Made by a program: the position numbers and the translations under genes. Source: Bacillota bacterium (GTDB lineage Bacteria > Bacillota > Clostridia > Acetivibrionales > DSM-1351). Taken from it: a stretch of DNA of 35,565 nt. Position 1 is the stretch's first letter. The number at the start of each line of letters is the position of its first letter. Shown piece after piece: positions 34,860 through 35,565 of this stretch. The notes below the pieces were generated by a model. The model was not told where the DNA came from. It did not search any database and saw only the letters and a program-made list of their open reading frames with translations. Location of the stretch: assembly GCA_023417285.1 (NCBI GenBank), contig JAEZFR010000113.1, forward strand, positions 1 through 35,565. Reading direction: 5' to 3'.

Positions 34860-35565
34860 TTGAAAAAGTTACCTGAAACAATGAGAGCATTAGTAGCATA
34901 TGGAAAAGGAGATTACCGTTTTGAACCTAATTACCCTACACCTGTATGTGAGGCAGATGATATCATAATAAAAGTTGAGGGGTGCGGCGTCTGTGCAGGT
35001 GATTTAAAGTGCCAACATGGTGCCTCCATGTTTTGGGGGGACGATACCCAACCGGCATGGGTGGAGCCTCCATTTATTCCAGGACATGAATTTTTAGGTC
35101 ATATTGTTGAGGTAGGCTCAAATATAAAGGATTTTCATATCGGAGAACGAATTATAGCAGATCAAATTGTTCCATGTGGTGAGTGTAGATTCTGTAAAAC
35201 GGGGCGGTATTGGATGTGTCAGCCTCATGCAATTTTTGGTTTTCAAAAAGGAAACAACGGTGGTATGGCTGAATATGTAAAGTTTCCTAAAACTGCTGTG
35301 ATATCAAAAGTCCCAGAAGAAATGCCTCTTAAGTCTGCTCTATTGATTGAGCCATATGGATGTTCAAAACATGCAGTAGACAGAGCGCAAATTAGGAACG
35401 ACGATATCGTAGTGATTTCTGGTGCGGGAACTCTTGGTCTGGGTATGATTACATACGCAAGGATGCAAAATCCTACAAAATTAATAGTACTTGATATGGT
35501 GGATAAACGACTGGAAAAAGCAAAAGAGTATGGTGCAGATATGGTTATAAACCCTGGTAAAGGAG
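34860..35565 (+). CDS. EltD-like Zn-dependent polyol dehydrogenase, copy 2 (runs off the window end; not in the ORF track)
   Basis: TTG start after AGGAGGAGG. Reads MKKLPETMRALVAYGKGDYRFEPNYPTPVC...CAGDLKCQHGASMFWGDDTQPAWVEPPFIPGHEF, collinear with 22848..23924. Confidence 0.9.
   Translation, partial: MKKLPETMRALVAYGKGDYRFEPNYPTPVCEADDIIIKVEGCGVCAGDLKCQHGASMFWGDDTQPAWVEPPFIPGHEFLGHIVEVGSNIKDFHIGERIIADQIVPCGECRFCKTGRYWMCQPHAIFGFQKGNNGGMAEYVKFPKTAVISKVPEEMPLKSALLIEPYGCSKHAVDRAQIRNDDIVVISGAGTLGLGMITYARMQNPTKLIVLDMVDKRLEKAKEYGADMVINPGKG

Overview
AT-rich Firmicute DNA. The D-psicose 3-epimerase reads very like the Ruminiclostridium (Clostridium) cellulolyticum enzyme as I recall it, so a Ruminiclostridium-like clostridium is likely. 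The window has three blocks. (1) 1-5.9 kb, stress and resistance genes: the 3' end of a catalase, a BlaI/M56 (BlaR1-like) pair with two operator palindromes, a Mef-like MFS exporter behind an unannotated 12-aa leader peptide and attenuator-like hairpins, and an SplB-like radical SAM protein. (2) 5.9-27.3 kb, a divergently arranged catabolic locus: a YesN/YesM-type two-component system, an LplABC-type sugar ABC importer, FIVE paralogous PF12831-type FAD oxidoreductases, D-psicose 3-epimerase, a polyol SDR, three Zn-dependent polyol dehydrogenases and a fructokinase-like PfkB kinase, with no glycoside hydrolase. This is the best candidate for an undescribed pathway. (3) 27.4 kb-end: a LacI-ribokinase fusion regulator with two operators, an atypical nucleoside hydrolase, a second ABC importer, a ribokinase, and a window-truncated second copy of the EltD-like dehydrogenase. 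Several intergenic regions hold degenerate short tandem repeats and long perfect hairpins. No rRNA, tRNA, CRISPR array or mobile element was seen. All family calls come from motif recognition, not database searches.
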